A DNA stretch of 64,000 nucleotides from NCBI GenBank assembly GCA_041690135.1, contig JAWLHY010000012.1:1-64000 (forward strand), in the 5' to 3' direction. Origin of the DNA: Armatimonadota bacterium (lineage in GTDB: Bacteria > Armatimonadota > SYMT01). Made by a program: the position numbers and the translations under genes. Positions within the stretch are counted from its first letter, which is position 1; every line of letters starts with the position of its first letter. Shown one piece after another: positions 10,197 to 20,471 of the stretch. The notes under the pieces were generated by a model, which had not been told where the DNA came from, did no database searches, and saw nothing but the letters and a program-made list of their open reading frames with translations.

Positions 10197-10525
10197 AGCT
10201 ACTCTTCGATCACCAACTGTCTCCCCGGTTAGCCAGGCGGCTTGACGACCTGTTTCCCGGTAGTTCGCATGTCTGGCTGCACGCTCTGGACCGATCCGAC
10301 GACCGGGATATCTGGGACTTCGCACGGCAAAACGGCTACGCGCTGGTGACCAAGGATAGTGACTTCCGAGACCTAAGCGTCCTGCGCGGATTTCCGCCGA
10401 AAGTGATCTGGCTACGGCTGGGTAACTGCACCACCACCCAGATAGAGGAACTAATCCGCAGTCACCATCCAATTGTCGAGCAGTTTGAAGCCGATCCGCA
10501 GGCGGGCCTGTTGGAACTCGGTTAA
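10193..10525 (+). CDS. DUF5615 PIN-like toxin
   Basis: MKLLFDHQLS...LVTKDSDF...PPKVIWLRLGN; ATGA overlap with DUF433. Confidence 0.9.
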   Translation: MKLLFDHQLSPRLARRLDDLFPGSSHVWLHALDRSDDRDIWDFARQNGYALVTKDSDFRDLSVLRGFPPKVIWLRLGNCTTTQIEELIRSHHPIVEQFEADPQAGLLELG

Positions 10526-10545
10526 TCAAGGTCCCGCAGAGGTCA

Positions 10546-10872
10546 ATGATGAAACCCCGGATCATGTACGTGGAATACAAGGGAGGCGGGCTTGCCGGGC
10601 CGGGTTGGATCACTCGGGTCACCTTCTCCAAGAGCGGCAGTTCCGTCTACTTCCGCGGGAAGCGGCTGCGGACCCTGGGCGGAGCCGGCTTCAAGGTGAA
10701 CTACTTCGACGTGGAGACCGGCGAGCAGTACTGGGTCTCCGGCCCGAAGCGAAACGGCCAGGACCGCCTCTACGGCGGCCTCGTGGAGATTGACGAGGAA
10801 GTCCGGGAGGAGTACTGGGCAACGGTCCGCCGCCGGCCGGAGTGCCGTGACCTGACACGGTATCGCTCGTGA
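10546..10872 (+). CDS. Conserved hypothetical protein
   Basis: RVTFSKSG...NYFDVETGEQYWVSGPKRNGQDRLY, a recognisable small conserved family. Confidence 0.75.
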   Translation: MMKPRIMYVEYKGGGLAGPGWITRVTFSKSGSSVYFRGKRLRTLGGAGFKVNYFDVETGEQYWVSGPKRNGQDRLYGGLVEIDEEVREEYWATVRRRPECRDLTRYRS

Positions 10873-11252
10873 CCCGCGGAACCTCGCTACCCCTGGCGTG
10901 TAAGGTCCTGGATGGGGTCGCCATGCTCGTGGTGGCGTTTGGGATTGCTTACTACGCCTGCGCCGCGGGCATTTGGGTCTTGATCTTCTGGCGGGAAATT
11001 GTGCCCGGGGCCTACGCCTGGAACGTCGCGCCTGCGGTGGCTCTCCTTGGTCTCTGCGGCTACGCCCGCTGGAAGTGGGACTCTCGCCGCATCCGGAGCG
11101 TCTGTGCCGGCATCGCGCTGGGCACGATGGTACTCGGTTCCGTTTGTGATTACTCGCGAGCCAACTATCAACTCGACGCGCACTTTACGGATGGTGCCCC
11201 CCAGCACTACTACGTCAACTGGCCCTGGCTTTCCGCGCTCCCGCCACGATAA
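10869..11252 (+). CDS. Membrane hypothetical protein
   Basis: Three hydrophobic segments; GTGA overlap. Confidence 0.55.
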   Translation: MTRGTSLPLACKVLDGVAMLVVAFGIAYYACAAGIWVLIFWREIVPGAYAWNVAPAVALLGLCGYARWKWDSRRIRSVCAGIALGTMVLGSVCDYSRANYQLDAHFTDGAPQHYYVNWPWLSALPPR

Positions 11253-11292
11253 GCGACACAAGCTCGGTCATCCCGTTCACCCCGCGCAATTC

Positions 11293-11616
11293 ATGTCGCT
11301 GCAGTTCATCCTCTTCATCGACGATACCCGGGCAACGGTGGACTGGCGCGGGCATCTTGCCTCGCAGATCCGGCTGCGGAAGATCGAATGCGAGCACGGT
11401 AACGTCTGCGAGATCGAAGACAACCGGGACCATGACCTTTCGCGCGTAGATGACCCGGAGGAGGGATATCTCTTCTTCCGCTGGAGGCTGCACTGCTGGC
11501 CGGAACAGGCGCGCACGAAGGCGGAACAGATGGAGCTCGCCCGGTACCTCCGCGAAGTTGTCGAGCAAACGGGATGCCGGGTAGTAGTCGGTGCGAACTT
11601 CGAGGACGAGTTATGA
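11293..11616 (+). CDS. Hypothetical protein
   Basis: Acidic protein-like ORF; ATGA overlap with the next gene. Confidence 0.55.
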   Translation: MSLQFILFIDDTRATVDWRGHLASQIRLRKIECEHGNVCEIEDNRDHDLSRVDDPEEGYLFFRWRLHCWPEQARTKAEQMELARYLREVVEQTGCRVVVGANFEDEL

Positions 11617-12584
11617 ACCTGCTGATTCTCGGCGGCACCCAGTTCATCGGCCGGCACATAGTGGAGACCCTGCTGGCGACGGGGCACCACCTCACTGTTT
11701 TCAACCGGGGGAAGTCGCCAGATGAGCTCCCCGCCGGGGTGGTGCGCCTCCGTGGTGACCGCGATCAGGGGCCGCACGGGCTGCGGGCGCTGCACGGCCG
11801 TACCTGGGACGCGTGTGTGGACGTGTGCGGCTACACGGCGCGGCAGGTCCGGCCGAGCGCCGAGCTCCTGCGGGACCGCGTGGGCCGGTACGTGTACATC
11901 AGCGCCGTCAGCGCCTATGGGGATCCGGTCGAGCGGCCGGTCCGCGAAACTCACCCCCTACAGCCACCCGCCTCCGAGGACGTGACCGAGGTAAACGGGG
12001 AGACCTACGGCGCCCTCAAGGTCACCTGCGAGAACATCGTCCGGGAGGTCTATCCGGACCGATCCACCCTCTTGCGGCCCCAGATCGTGGCGGGGCCTTA
12101 CGACCCGAGCGGTCGCTACCCGTATTGGGTCCGGCGCGCCACGCTGGGCGGAGAGATGCTCGCGCCGGGAGATGGGTCGGACCATCTACAGGTGATCGAC
12201 GTGCGCGACCTGGCCCGGTTTACGCGGACGGTCCTCGATCAGGGCCTGAACGGCAGCTTCAACATGGCCGGCCCCAGGATCACCTGGGCGGAATTCATGC
12301 GGGTGCTGGGGGCGGAGAGCGTCGTGTGGGTCCCCGCGGAGATCCTGCAGAACGCCGACCTCACGTTCCACGAGCAACTCCCCCTCTACCGCCCTGAACT
12401 TGGCCCACGGAGTAGCCTGATGGACGTGAGTAGCGAGAAAGCAAGAGCGGCCGGCCTCACCCTCACCGATCCGGAGGTCACCGCCCGGAGTACCCGCGCC
12501 TGGCTGGCCGGGCGCGGGCTACCCCTGGCCCTCTCGTCCGAATCGGAAGCGGAATTAATTCGAAGGGCTCGCCCGGCCTGCTGA
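11613..12584 (+). CDS. NAD-dependent epimerase/dehydratase (SDR)
   Basis: LILGGTQFIG Rossmann motif; YGALK. Confidence 0.9.
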   Translation: MNLLILGGTQFIGRHIVETLLATGHHLTVFNRGKSPDELPAGVVRLRGDRDQGPHGLRALHGRTWDACVDVCGYTARQVRPSAELLRDRVGRYVYISAVSAYGDPVERPVRETHPLQPPASEDVTEVNGETYGALKVTCENIVREVYPDRSTLLRPQIVAGPYDPSGRYPYWVRRATLGGEMLAPGDGSDHLQVIDVRDLARFTRTVLDQGLNGSFNMAGPRITWAEFMRVLGAESVVWVPAEILQNADLTFHEQLPLYRPELGPRSSLMDVSSEKARAAGLTLTDPEVTARSTRAWLAGRGLPLALSSESEAELIRRARPAC

Positions 12585-13039
12585 AGGGCACCGCAATTCG
12601 GCTACGGGAGGGCGATCCGGAAACGGAGTTCTCTCGTCCGCAAGAAGGCGAGGTGACTTCCTCGACCTTGGACACAGACGGGCACAGGTTCCATCTCCGC
12701 CTCTGTCCGTAGGGGTCGTTCAAATCCCGTCTGGTCTGGAAAGGTCATGGACGGAGTGGCACGCACCGGGTACGGACGCGAACCGGTTCCTTTTCGGACT
12801 TTCGCCATTTCGCGTTTTCGTGTTGGCCCGCGCAGCGTCCGCATGGGTTACTCGTACCAGCATCCATTCCCAGAAGCTGTCACCTTACAGCGTTGGCGGG
12901 AAACAGGGGCACGGTCGCCAGCCCGCCGATGCAATCGGCGACTCCACACTAAGATCCCAAGCCGTCTTCCGTTCGTTCAGCAGACGAGTTTTGTGACAGG
13001 TTCCGCTATCGGTCAGACCACACCGATCCCGCCCCAGAC

Positions 13040-13220
13040 CTTCACGTTTTACGTTTCACGCATTGCGTCTTGCGAGACAGGATCCCTGCCCACGCACGCG
13101 CCTCGCACGTAACCCTCACGCATTACGCATCACGAGGCGGGTCCGAGGCAACCCCCATTGCCCTCGCACCCGTCTCACACGTGAACTTACGCATCACGCG
13201 TTACGCATCACGTCTCACGC
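13040..13220 (+). repeat. Degenerate heptamer array (ACGCATT/ACGCATC/ACGTTTC)
   Basis: Repeated acgcattacgcatcacg units downstream of kimA; similar unit near 56930. Confidence 0.7.
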
Positions 13221-15371
13221 TGTCCCCGGCTTCAGCCCTGCTTGCCGTTCCCGCTCCTCTGCCTCTTCCGCGAAGCTCCGCCGGCTTGTCAACGGGTGCT
13301 CCGCGAGCTGCTGGCCGCACCGCCCAAGGTAGTACCGGATGTTGGTGACCACCACGCCCTTCTTGAAGAGGAGCGCCCACTTCAACACCAGGCCGTTCTG
13401 GTTGTGCAGGAGCACGGTCCACCACTTCTCCGGCACGAACTCCGGCAGGACCAGGGTAATCACGTCGTCGTCCCGCTCCCGCTCCACCTCGTCGATGTAG
13501 TCCAGGATCGGCTGCGTGAGGCCGCGGTACGGCGACTCCAACACCACCAGCGGCACATCGGGAACCCACTTCGCCCACCGTTGGAGCGTCAGTTGGGTCT
13601 TCTCCGGGTCAATCTCCACGTAGACGCCGCGCACGTCGCCGCCGATGGAGCGAGCATACTCCACGGCCGGCATCACGCCCCGGTGGATACCGGGCACCAG
13701 TACCAGCACGGTGTGGCGGAAGGGCGGCACGCGGTCGTACTGCTCCATTGTCAGGTGCTCCGCCACCTCGCCGTAGTGCGCGCAGATGCGGAAGCACATC
13801 CAGACCAGGGCCGGAATCGCTACCATCACCAGCCAGGCGCCCAGGCGGACCTCCACTGTTGCCAGCAGCTCCGGGCGCCGCGTGGCCCAGAAGATCAGGA
13901 ACCCGAGGCTGGAAAGGACCAGCAGCCAACGGCCCATCCAGCGATGCCACATCGAAATGAGCACGAAGCTGATGACCGTAACAGCGGCCCAGATCCCGAG
14001 CGGCGTGGTGAGCGGGAAGAGCTGGACGGGATCGCCGGCCGTGAACTTGGTTACGGCGATGATGATCAGCACCACGAAGGTAACCAGCGCGCCGACCCCG
14101 CTGATGAGTGCGCCCCACTGCCAGCCCGCCGGGCGGAGCCGGAGCCAGCGGACCACCATCCCGGACTGGCTGAGGGTGAAGGAAAGGAACACCCCCAGGG
14201 CATAGAGCGGAATCAGGTGGTGCGTGCTCGCGTTGAAGGCGATCACCGTCAGGATGGAGAGGGCGGTGAGCCCAATGATCCCGTTCGAAAACACGAGCCG
14301 GTCACCCACGTTCGCCATCTGCCGCGGCAGGTAGCGGTCCTGCGCGAGGAACATGCTCAGGCGCGGGAAGTCGACGTAGGCCGTGTTCGCGGCCAGGATG
14401 AGGATCATGGCCGTGGCGCCCTGGATGATGTAGTAGAACCAGGTCGGCCCGAATACCGCGTAGGCGATCTGCGACACCACCGTGTGCCGGTGGATCTCGC
14501 CGTGGCCTTCCATCTCCGCGGGGAACGGCACCACGTGCAACTGGTACGCGAGGAAGGTGATCCCCAGGAACATCGTGATCAGGATGATGCCCAGGATCCC
14601 GAGCACCTTCGCGGCATTCTTCGCTTCCGGCGCCTTGAACGCGGGGACGCCGTCGGTGACGGCTTCCACCCCCGTGAGGGCGGTGCACCCCGAGGAGAAG
14701 GCACGCAGGATCACGAAGAGCCCCAGCGAACCGGAGGCGGCGGCCCAGGTGTCCGCGGGCGGCTGCGGGGGCGACATCGGGTGGCCCATCAGGATCCGGG
14801 CGAAACCGACCACCAGCAGCACGGCAATCGACGCGATGAACAGGTAGGTGGGGACGGCGAAGAGGGTCCCCGATTCCTTCGCACCGCGCAGGTTCGCCAG
14901 GCCGATGAAGATGATACAGACCACGGCGAGCGGCACGCTGTGCTGATGCAGCGCGGGGACCGCCGAGGTGATCGCCGCCACGCCGGCGGAGATACTCACC
15001 GCCACGGTGAGCACGTAGTCGATCAGCAGCGAGGCGCCGGCCGTGAGGCCCGCGAGCACGCCCAGGTTCTCCTTCGAGACCCGGTAGGCGCCGCCCCCCT
15101 GCGGGTAGGCGTGGATCGTCTGCCGGTAGGAGGTCGCCACGATGGCGAGCAGCGCGGCGATGGCGAGGCCGATGGGCCACGAGACCTTGAGGACCGCCAT
15201 GCTGGCCCCCAGGGTCACCAACACCAGCAGGATCTCTTCCGTGGCGTAACTGACCGACGACAGCGCGTCGGAGGCGAAAACGGGAAGCGCCAGTACGTTG
15301 GGCAGCTTCTGATGCTGGCTTTGATGCGTCTCCAGCGGACGACCGAAGATCAACCTTCTCCAGGCGAGCAT
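13215..15371 (-). CDS. kimA: KimA/YdaO-type APC-superfamily potassium transporter, copy 2
   Basis: FASDALSSVSYATEE, DYVLTVAVS, TGVEA, LIPLYALGVF, LLHNQ motifs; ATG at 15371 with GGAG RBS. Confidence 0.85.
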   Translation of the reverse strand: MLAWRRLIFGRPLETHQSQHQKLPNVLALPVFASDALSSVSYATEEILLVLVTLGASMAVLKVSWPIGLAIAALLAIVATSYRQTIHAYPQGGGAYRVSKENLGVLAGLTAGASLLIDYVLTVAVSISAGVAAITSAVPALHQHSVPLAVVCIIFIGLANLRGAKESGTLFAVPTYLFIASIAVLLVVGFARILMGHPMSPPQPPADTWAAASGSLGLFVILRAFSSGCTALTGVEAVTDGVPAFKAPEAKNAAKVLGILGIILITMFLGITFLAYQLHVVPFPAEMEGHGEIHRHTVVSQIAYAVFGPTWFYYIIQGATAMILILAANTAYVDFPRLSMFLAQDRYLPRQMANVGDRLVFSNGIIGLTALSILTVIAFNASTHHLIPLYALGVFLSFTLSQSGMVVRWLRLRPAGWQWGALISGVGALVTFVVLIIIAVTKFTAGDPVQLFPLTTPLGIWAAVTVISFVLISMWHRWMGRWLLVLSSLGFLIFWATRRPELLATVEVRLGAWLVMVAIPALVWMCFRICAHYGEVAEHLTMEQYDRVPPFRHTVLVLVPGIHRGVMPAVEYARSIGGDVRGVYVEIDPEKTQLTLQRWAKWVPDVPLVVLESPYRGLTQPILDYIDEVERERDDDVITLVLPEFVPEKWWTVLLHNQNGLVLKWALLFKKGVVVTNIRYYLGRCGQQLAEHPLTSRRSFAEEAEERERQAGLKPGTA

Positions 15372-15418
15372 AGCCTGATACTCCTGCAACCTGGCTGTCC
15401 GGCACCTGCCGGTACAGC

Positions 15419-15448
15419 AAAAAACCAGCCCGGATACTCCGGGCCGGC
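15419..15448 (-). terminator. Intrinsic terminator about 50 nt upstream of kimA copy 2
   Basis: RNA GCCGGCCCGGA-GUA-UCCGGGCUGGU followed by a U tract. Confidence 0.75.
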
Positions 15449-15670
15449 TTACGCTGCGGCACGGCCAACCTTTACGGTCCGCCCCGCCTCGTCCGCCAGA
15501 TTTTGCTTCGACGTTCGTCGAGCGCCCACCACCCCGCCCGACTACTCCCCGAGGGGATGGACTGGACGCTGCACGCTCGCATGGAATCGCCGGATGATGT
15601 TCTATCAACATCCGGCCGTCGATGTCTCAAGTCTAGATTAACGTTCTTCCGCAGCCCTTCGTTGCGCAGA

Positions 15671-17836
15671 TTACCCGGTTTGCGTGGAGGCGACTCCCTC
15701 CGACTGCCCCTCGTCCTCAATCCGGCTCGTCAGCACGTGCGGGCCCAGGTCCTCTGCGGAGGTCCGGGTGGTCTCCAGGTAGTAGCGGATGTTGGTCACC
15801 ACGATCCCCTTCTTGAAGAGGAGCGCCCACTTCAGCAGGAGACCGTTCTGGTTGTGCAGCAGCACGGTCCACCACTTCTCCGGAACGAACTCCGGAATGA
15901 TTACGGTGAGCACGTCGTCGTCGCGTTCCCGCTCCACCTCGTCGATGTAGTCCAGGATCGGCTGGGTCAAACCACGATAGGGGGACTCCAGCACCACCAG
16001 GGGGATATCGGGCACCCAGCGAGACCACCGCTCCAGCACCTCGCCGGTCCGCTCGGGTTCGATTTCGACATAGACGCCCCGCACATCGCCGCCCACCGAA
16101 CGCGCGTACTTGATGGCCGGCATCGTCCCCCGGTGGAGTCCGGGCACCAGGAGCAGTACCGTGTGCCGGAAGGTCGGCTCTTCTTCGTAGCGGGTCATTG
16201 TCAGGTGCTCGGCGACTTCCCGGTAATGCGAGTGGATGCGCATGAACATCCAGACCAGGATCGCCACGATCACCATCACGATCCAGCAGCCCAGCCGCAC
16301 CCCCACGATGGCGAGCGGGTCCGGACGGAAGAACATCCAGTAGCCGAGGAAGCCGAAGGGGGAGAGCACCAGCAGCCAGCGGCCCATCCAGCGGTGCCAC
16401 ATGGAGATCAGCACGAAGCCGATGAGGCTCACCGTCATCCACAGGCCGAGCGGGGTGGTGATCGGGTAGAGGTACACCGGCTCGCCCGCCGTAAACTTGG
16501 TAACGGCGATGATGATCAACACGATCAGCGTCGCCACCCCGCCGGTCCCGCTGATCAGCGCTCCCAGCTTCCAGCCCGGCGGGCGGAGTCGGAACCAGCG
16601 CACCAGCATGCCGGACTGCCCCAGGGTGAACGAAAGGAACACCCCCAGGGCATAGAGCGGAATCAGGTGGTGCGTGCTGGCGTGGAAGGCCACCACGGTG
16701 AGGGCTGCCAGGAACGTGAGGCCGATGATCCCATTGGTGAAAACGAGCCGGTCGCCCATGTTCTTCATCTGGCGCGGCAGGAACCGGTCCTGGGCGAGGT
16801 AGGACGCAAGCCGGGGGAAGTCGACGAACGCCGTGTTCGCGGCCAGGATGAGGATCAGCGCCGTGGCGCCCTGGATGACGTAATAGAACCAGGTCGGCCC
16901 GAACACCGCATAGGCGATCTGCGACACCACCGTGTGCCGGTGGTGGTGAACGATCTCCCCTTCCATCTCCGCGGGGAACGGCACCACCCCGAGCCGGTAG
17001 GCCAGGGAGGTGATCCCGAGGAACATGGTCACCAGGATCACCCCCAGGATCGCCAGCACCCGGGCCGCGTTCTTAGCCTCCGGCGCCTTGAACGCCGGCA
17101 CACCGTCGGTGACGGCTTCCACCCCGGTCAGGGCTGTACACCCCGAGGAGAACGCCCGCAGGATCATGAAGAGAGTGAGCGACTCGCCGGCGCTGCGCCA
17201 GGCGTCGGCCGGTGGCTGGGGCGGCTGGAGTTCGTGTCCGCTGGCCAGGCGCGCGAACCCCACGACCAGCAGCACCAGGATGCTGGCGATGAAGAGGTAA
17301 GTCGGGATGGCGAAGAAGGTGCCGGATTCCTTGGCGCCGCGCAGGTTGATGAGCCCCATCACCACGATGCAGGCTACCGCCAGCTCGATCCGGTGCCCGG
17401 CCAGCGCGGGGACTGCCGAGGTGATCGCCGCCACGCCGGCGGAGATACTCACCGCCACCGTGAGCACGTAGTCCGTGAGGAGAGAGCCGGCGACCGTGAG
17501 GCCGGGAATGAGGCCCAGGTTCTCCCGCGCCACGCGGTAGTCGCCGCCGCCCTGCGGATAAGCGCGGACCGTCTGCCGGTACGACATCACCACCACGGCG
17601 AGCACGGCAGCGATGGCCAGCCCAATCGGCCACGACACCTGCAGCACCGCCGCGGAGACGCTGACGGTGACGAGCACCAGGAGGATCTCCTCCGTGGCAT
17701 AGCTCACCGAGGAGAGCGCATCCGAGGCGAAGACCGGCAAAGCGAGGACATTGGGCAGCTTCGCGTGGTGAAGCCCCTGGGTGGGGAACGGGTCCCCAAA
17801 GATGAGTCGACGGAACTGGAACCCTCGCTTTGGCAT
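15671..17836 (-). CDS. kimA: KimA/YdaO-type APC-superfamily potassium transporter, copy 1
   Basis: Same motifs as copy 2; long near-identical stretches between the copies. Confidence 0.85.
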   Translation of the reverse strand: MPKRGFQFRRLIFGDPFPTQGLHHAKLPNVLALPVFASDALSSVSYATEEILLVLVTVSVSAAVLQVSWPIGLAIAAVLAVVVMSYRQTVRAYPQGGGDYRVARENLGLIPGLTVAGSLLTDYVLTVAVSISAGVAAITSAVPALAGHRIELAVACIVVMGLINLRGAKESGTFFAIPTYLFIASILVLLVVGFARLASGHELQPPQPPADAWRSAGESLTLFMILRAFSSGCTALTGVEAVTDGVPAFKAPEAKNAARVLAILGVILVTMFLGITSLAYRLGVVPFPAEMEGEIVHHHRHTVVSQIAYAVFGPTWFYYVIQGATALILILAANTAFVDFPRLASYLAQDRFLPRQMKNMGDRLVFTNGIIGLTFLAALTVVAFHASTHHLIPLYALGVFLSFTLGQSGMLVRWFRLRPPGWKLGALISGTGGVATLIVLIIIAVTKFTAGEPVYLYPITTPLGLWMTVSLIGFVLISMWHRWMGRWLLVLSPFGFLGYWMFFRPDPLAIVGVRLGCWIVMVIVAILVWMFMRIHSHYREVAEHLTMTRYEEEPTFRHTVLLLVPGLHRGTMPAIKYARSVGGDVRGVYVEIEPERTGEVLERWSRWVPDIPLVVLESPYRGLTQPILDYIDEVERERDDDVLTVIIPEFVPEKWWTVLLHNQNGLLLKWALLFKKGIVVTNIRYYLETTRTSAEDLGPHVLTSRIEDEGQSEGVASTQTG

Positions 17837-17986
17837 ACGCTTATCTATTCTAAAACCGCTACCCGGACCGCCGTCCGGCTATTTCAAACGGCAGGAATGG
17901 GAGAGGCCCGGACGTGGCACTCCCCCATTCCGCCTTTCTTCCGTTCTTTTCGTTCGGACCGCTTCCCGCACGCTGCCGTGGCAAGC

Positions 17987-19060
17987 TTACGAGGCTGGCT
18001 TGAGCCAGCGGTCCATCCACTCCGCCATGCTGGTCGCCTCGGGCAGGCTGAAGTCGGAATGGCGCAGTCCCGGCGCGATCCGGAAATCCAACCGGTCCTC
18101 CGCCTTTAGCTCTCGATAGCGGGCCTGGGCCGCGGCATGGACTCGCTTCGCGCCCTCGATCGGGAACAGCTCATCCTTTTCGTGGTTCAGGATCAGCAGC
18201 GGGCGCGGGGCGATCTCGGGCAGCAGGTTCGGCGCGTCGAAGCGGTCCACCAGGCCCGGCACCAACCTCATGAGGGCAGTCCGAAGTACCTTCGCGTTCG
18301 GCTCCTTCTCGCCGACCAGCGGAGCGAACTCCTTCAGGACCGGCGCAAACAGCCGCAGGCGGGCCGGAGTATCCGGTCCGTCCGCTTCTTCAAAGGCGTC
18401 CGCGAAGGAGGTGACGCCGATGATCGGCACGGCCGTGTGGATGCGCTCGTCGATGGCGGCGGTCATCCAGGTGACGATGCCCCCTTCCGAGAAGCCCGTC
18501 ATACCGATCCGGTCCTTCCGCACGTCGGGCCGGGTCTGAAGATAGTCCACCAGCCGGGTAACGTCAAACACCGTGTCGATCAGGAACGGGTGGCCCTTGC
18601 CCGACTTGAGCGCCTCGACCATGGCCGCTTCCAGTGACTTGCCGTTCTGCCGCTCCCCGCGGTAGCGGCCATCGATCGCCGCCACCACGTAGCCCTTCTG
18701 CGCCAGCTGGCCCATCAGCAGGATCAGGGCGAAGTGATCCTTATGTCCGCCGAGAAAATGCTGGACGATGACGGCGGGAAACTTTTCCCCAGCGGCTTCC
18801 GCCTTGGGGCGGTAGATCACCGCCACCGCGTGGTGCCCGTCCTCGATCCCGATGCGAACCCGCTCAACTTTAGCGGTCCCCACCTCCGTTTGCGATAGGA
18901 TCTTGGGGTCGCTCGGCGCGGGTTTGCGCTCCGTCATCACCAATTGCCGGAACTGGTCCTTCGGGCGCGGGGTCTCCGCGGGGGTCTGGGCGCGGCAGCC
19001 CAGCGAAAACGCGGAGAGCAGGCCCAGCACCAGTGCGGCAACGGGGGCAATTCGTCTCAT
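17987..19060 (-). CDS. Secreted alpha/beta hydrolase (dienelactone hydrolase/esterase family)
   Basis: GFSEGG nucleophile elbow, KDELFP, LRH; signal peptide. Confidence 0.85.
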   Translation of the reverse strand: MRRIAPVAALVLGLLSAFSLGCRAQTPAETPRPKDQFRQLVMTERKPAPSDPKILSQTEVGTAKVERVRIGIEDGHHAVAVIYRPKAEAAGEKFPAVIVQHFLGGHKDHFALILLMGQLAQKGYVVAAIDGRYRGERQNGKSLEAAMVEALKSGKGHPFLIDTVFDVTRLVDYLQTRPDVRKDRIGMTGFSEGGIVTWMTAAIDERIHTAVPIIGVTSFADAFEEADGPDTPARLRLFAPVLKEFAPLVGEKEPNAKVLRTALMRLVPGLVDRFDAPNLLPEIAPRPLLILNHEKDELFPIEGAKRVHAAAQARYRELKAEDRLDFRIAPGLRHSDFSLPEATSMAEWMDRWLKPAS

Positions 19061-19529
19061 CGGAAAACTCCTCCAGACATGAGGGTGAGGCGGTCCGGTA
19101 TACTACTTGCGCCGGCCAGGGGACCGGCTCCTTCCCGGGTAAGGGTATTTGGGCATTGGGCGGTCAGGTGAAATCCACAGAAGACGCAGCCTTACGGCCC
19201 GGAATGGGATTGAAAGGCTTGGAAAGAGGTGTTCGGGTGTCCGGACGGATAGTCGGGAATGGCAGGTGTTTGGGTGGCCAGAGGGTGGGATATTGCCCTG
19301 CCATACTCCCACTCATCCCTACCATTACACCCGCTGCAGATGCCCTTCCATGCTGTAACACCCCTACCTGGTACCCCTGATAGGGGCTGTTAAGGGACCC
19401 CTATCCCGGTGTTATGGCTCCCGTCTTCAGCCTACTGCCTATCTTGATCTGCACTCGTTTCGATATTACACTCCCATACTCCCCTGGCACTACTTCCGGT
19501 TTCCGCATGCGAGCTTTCGGACGGAATCG

Positions 19530-20459
19530 ATGATACTTACGGTCACCCTGAACCCGGCGCTGGATAAGACGCTCTTTATCGACCACAACCGGCCGCAGGA
19601 CACGATCCGGTCCCAGCGGACCGTGGACCTGGCGGGCGGCAAGGGCGTGAACGTGGCGCGAGCCCTGCTGGCGCTGGGGGAGCGGGCTCGCGCATTGATG
19701 CCCCTGGGGGGTCACCCGGGCGCACACGTGGCGGACCTGGCCCGGGCGGAGCAGATCGACGTGGCGATGGTGCCCGTCGTGGGCCAGACCCGCACCGCCT
19801 TTACCATCTGCGCGGAAGATACGGGGGAGTACTGGCACTACCTGGAGCCGGGACCCCACCTGGATGAGAAAGAGCAGAGCCGTTTCCGCGAGGGGTATCT
19901 CTGGGCATTGGAAGGGTGTCATACGGTGGTGGTTTCGGGGAGCCTGCCCTCCCCCTCCGCCGCGCCGCTGGTCCCATGGATGGTGACCGCGGCCCGGGAC
20001 CGGGGGCTGCGGGTGGCGCTGGACTCGTTCGGGCCGCTGGTCCGCACGGCGCTGGAGGCGGGCCCCTGGCTGGCTAAGCCGAATGTAGAAGAATGGTCCG
20101 GAGCCTGGGGGGAGCCGCTCGATACGGAAGAACAGCGGTGGGCCGCACTGGAACGGATGCAGCGCTGGGGTACGCGGCTGGCGGTGCTCTCCCAGGGGGC
20201 GGAAGGCGCCCTGGCGATGGCGGACGGGGAGCGGTACCGGGTGCATCCTCCCGCCATCCGGGAGGTCAGCGATTTGGGCAGCGGAGATTCCATGGTGGCG
20301 GGCATCTGCTGGGCGGCGGCGCGTGGGTATCCTCTCAGGGAATGTCTTCGCTGGGGGGCGGCGTGCGGCGCGGCCAATGCCGCGGTGTGGGACCCCGGTG
20401 GGATCACGCGGGAAGAAGTGGAGCGGCTGCTGCCGCAAGTTGAGATACGGAACGCTTAA
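19530..20459 (+). CDS. 1-phosphofructokinase family hexose kinase (PfkB)
   Basis: MILTVTLNPALD, GGKGVNVA, KPN, GSGDSMVAG. Confidence 0.92.
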   Translation: MILTVTLNPALDKTLFIDHNRPQDTIRSQRTVDLAGGKGVNVARALLALGERARALMPLGGHPGAHVADLARAEQIDVAMVPVVGQTRTAFTICAEDTGEYWHYLEPGPHLDEKEQSRFREGYLWALEGCHTVVVSGSLPSPSAAPLVPWMVTAARDRGLRVALDSFGPLVRTALEAGPWLAKPNVEEWSGAWGEPLDTEEQRWAALERMQRWGTRLAVLSQGAEGALAMADGERYRVHPPAIREVSDLGSGDSMVAGICWAAARGYPLRECLRWGAACGAANAAVWDPGGITREEVERLLPQVEIRNA

Positions 20460-20471
20460 GAGAGGTTTGCC

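Noticed and set aside
12705-12730. tRNA-like GTTCAAATCCC fragment
   Set aside because: No T-stem pairing or cloverleaf around it
15372-15670. Canonical c-di-AMP (ydaO) or yybP-ykoY riboswitch
   Set aside because: ydaO consensus blocks not found; a GGGGAGUAG is present but the paired GAGACC element of yybP is not
13242-18109. 799-aa and 868-aa plus-strand ORFs
   Set aside because: Antisense shadows of the two kimA genes
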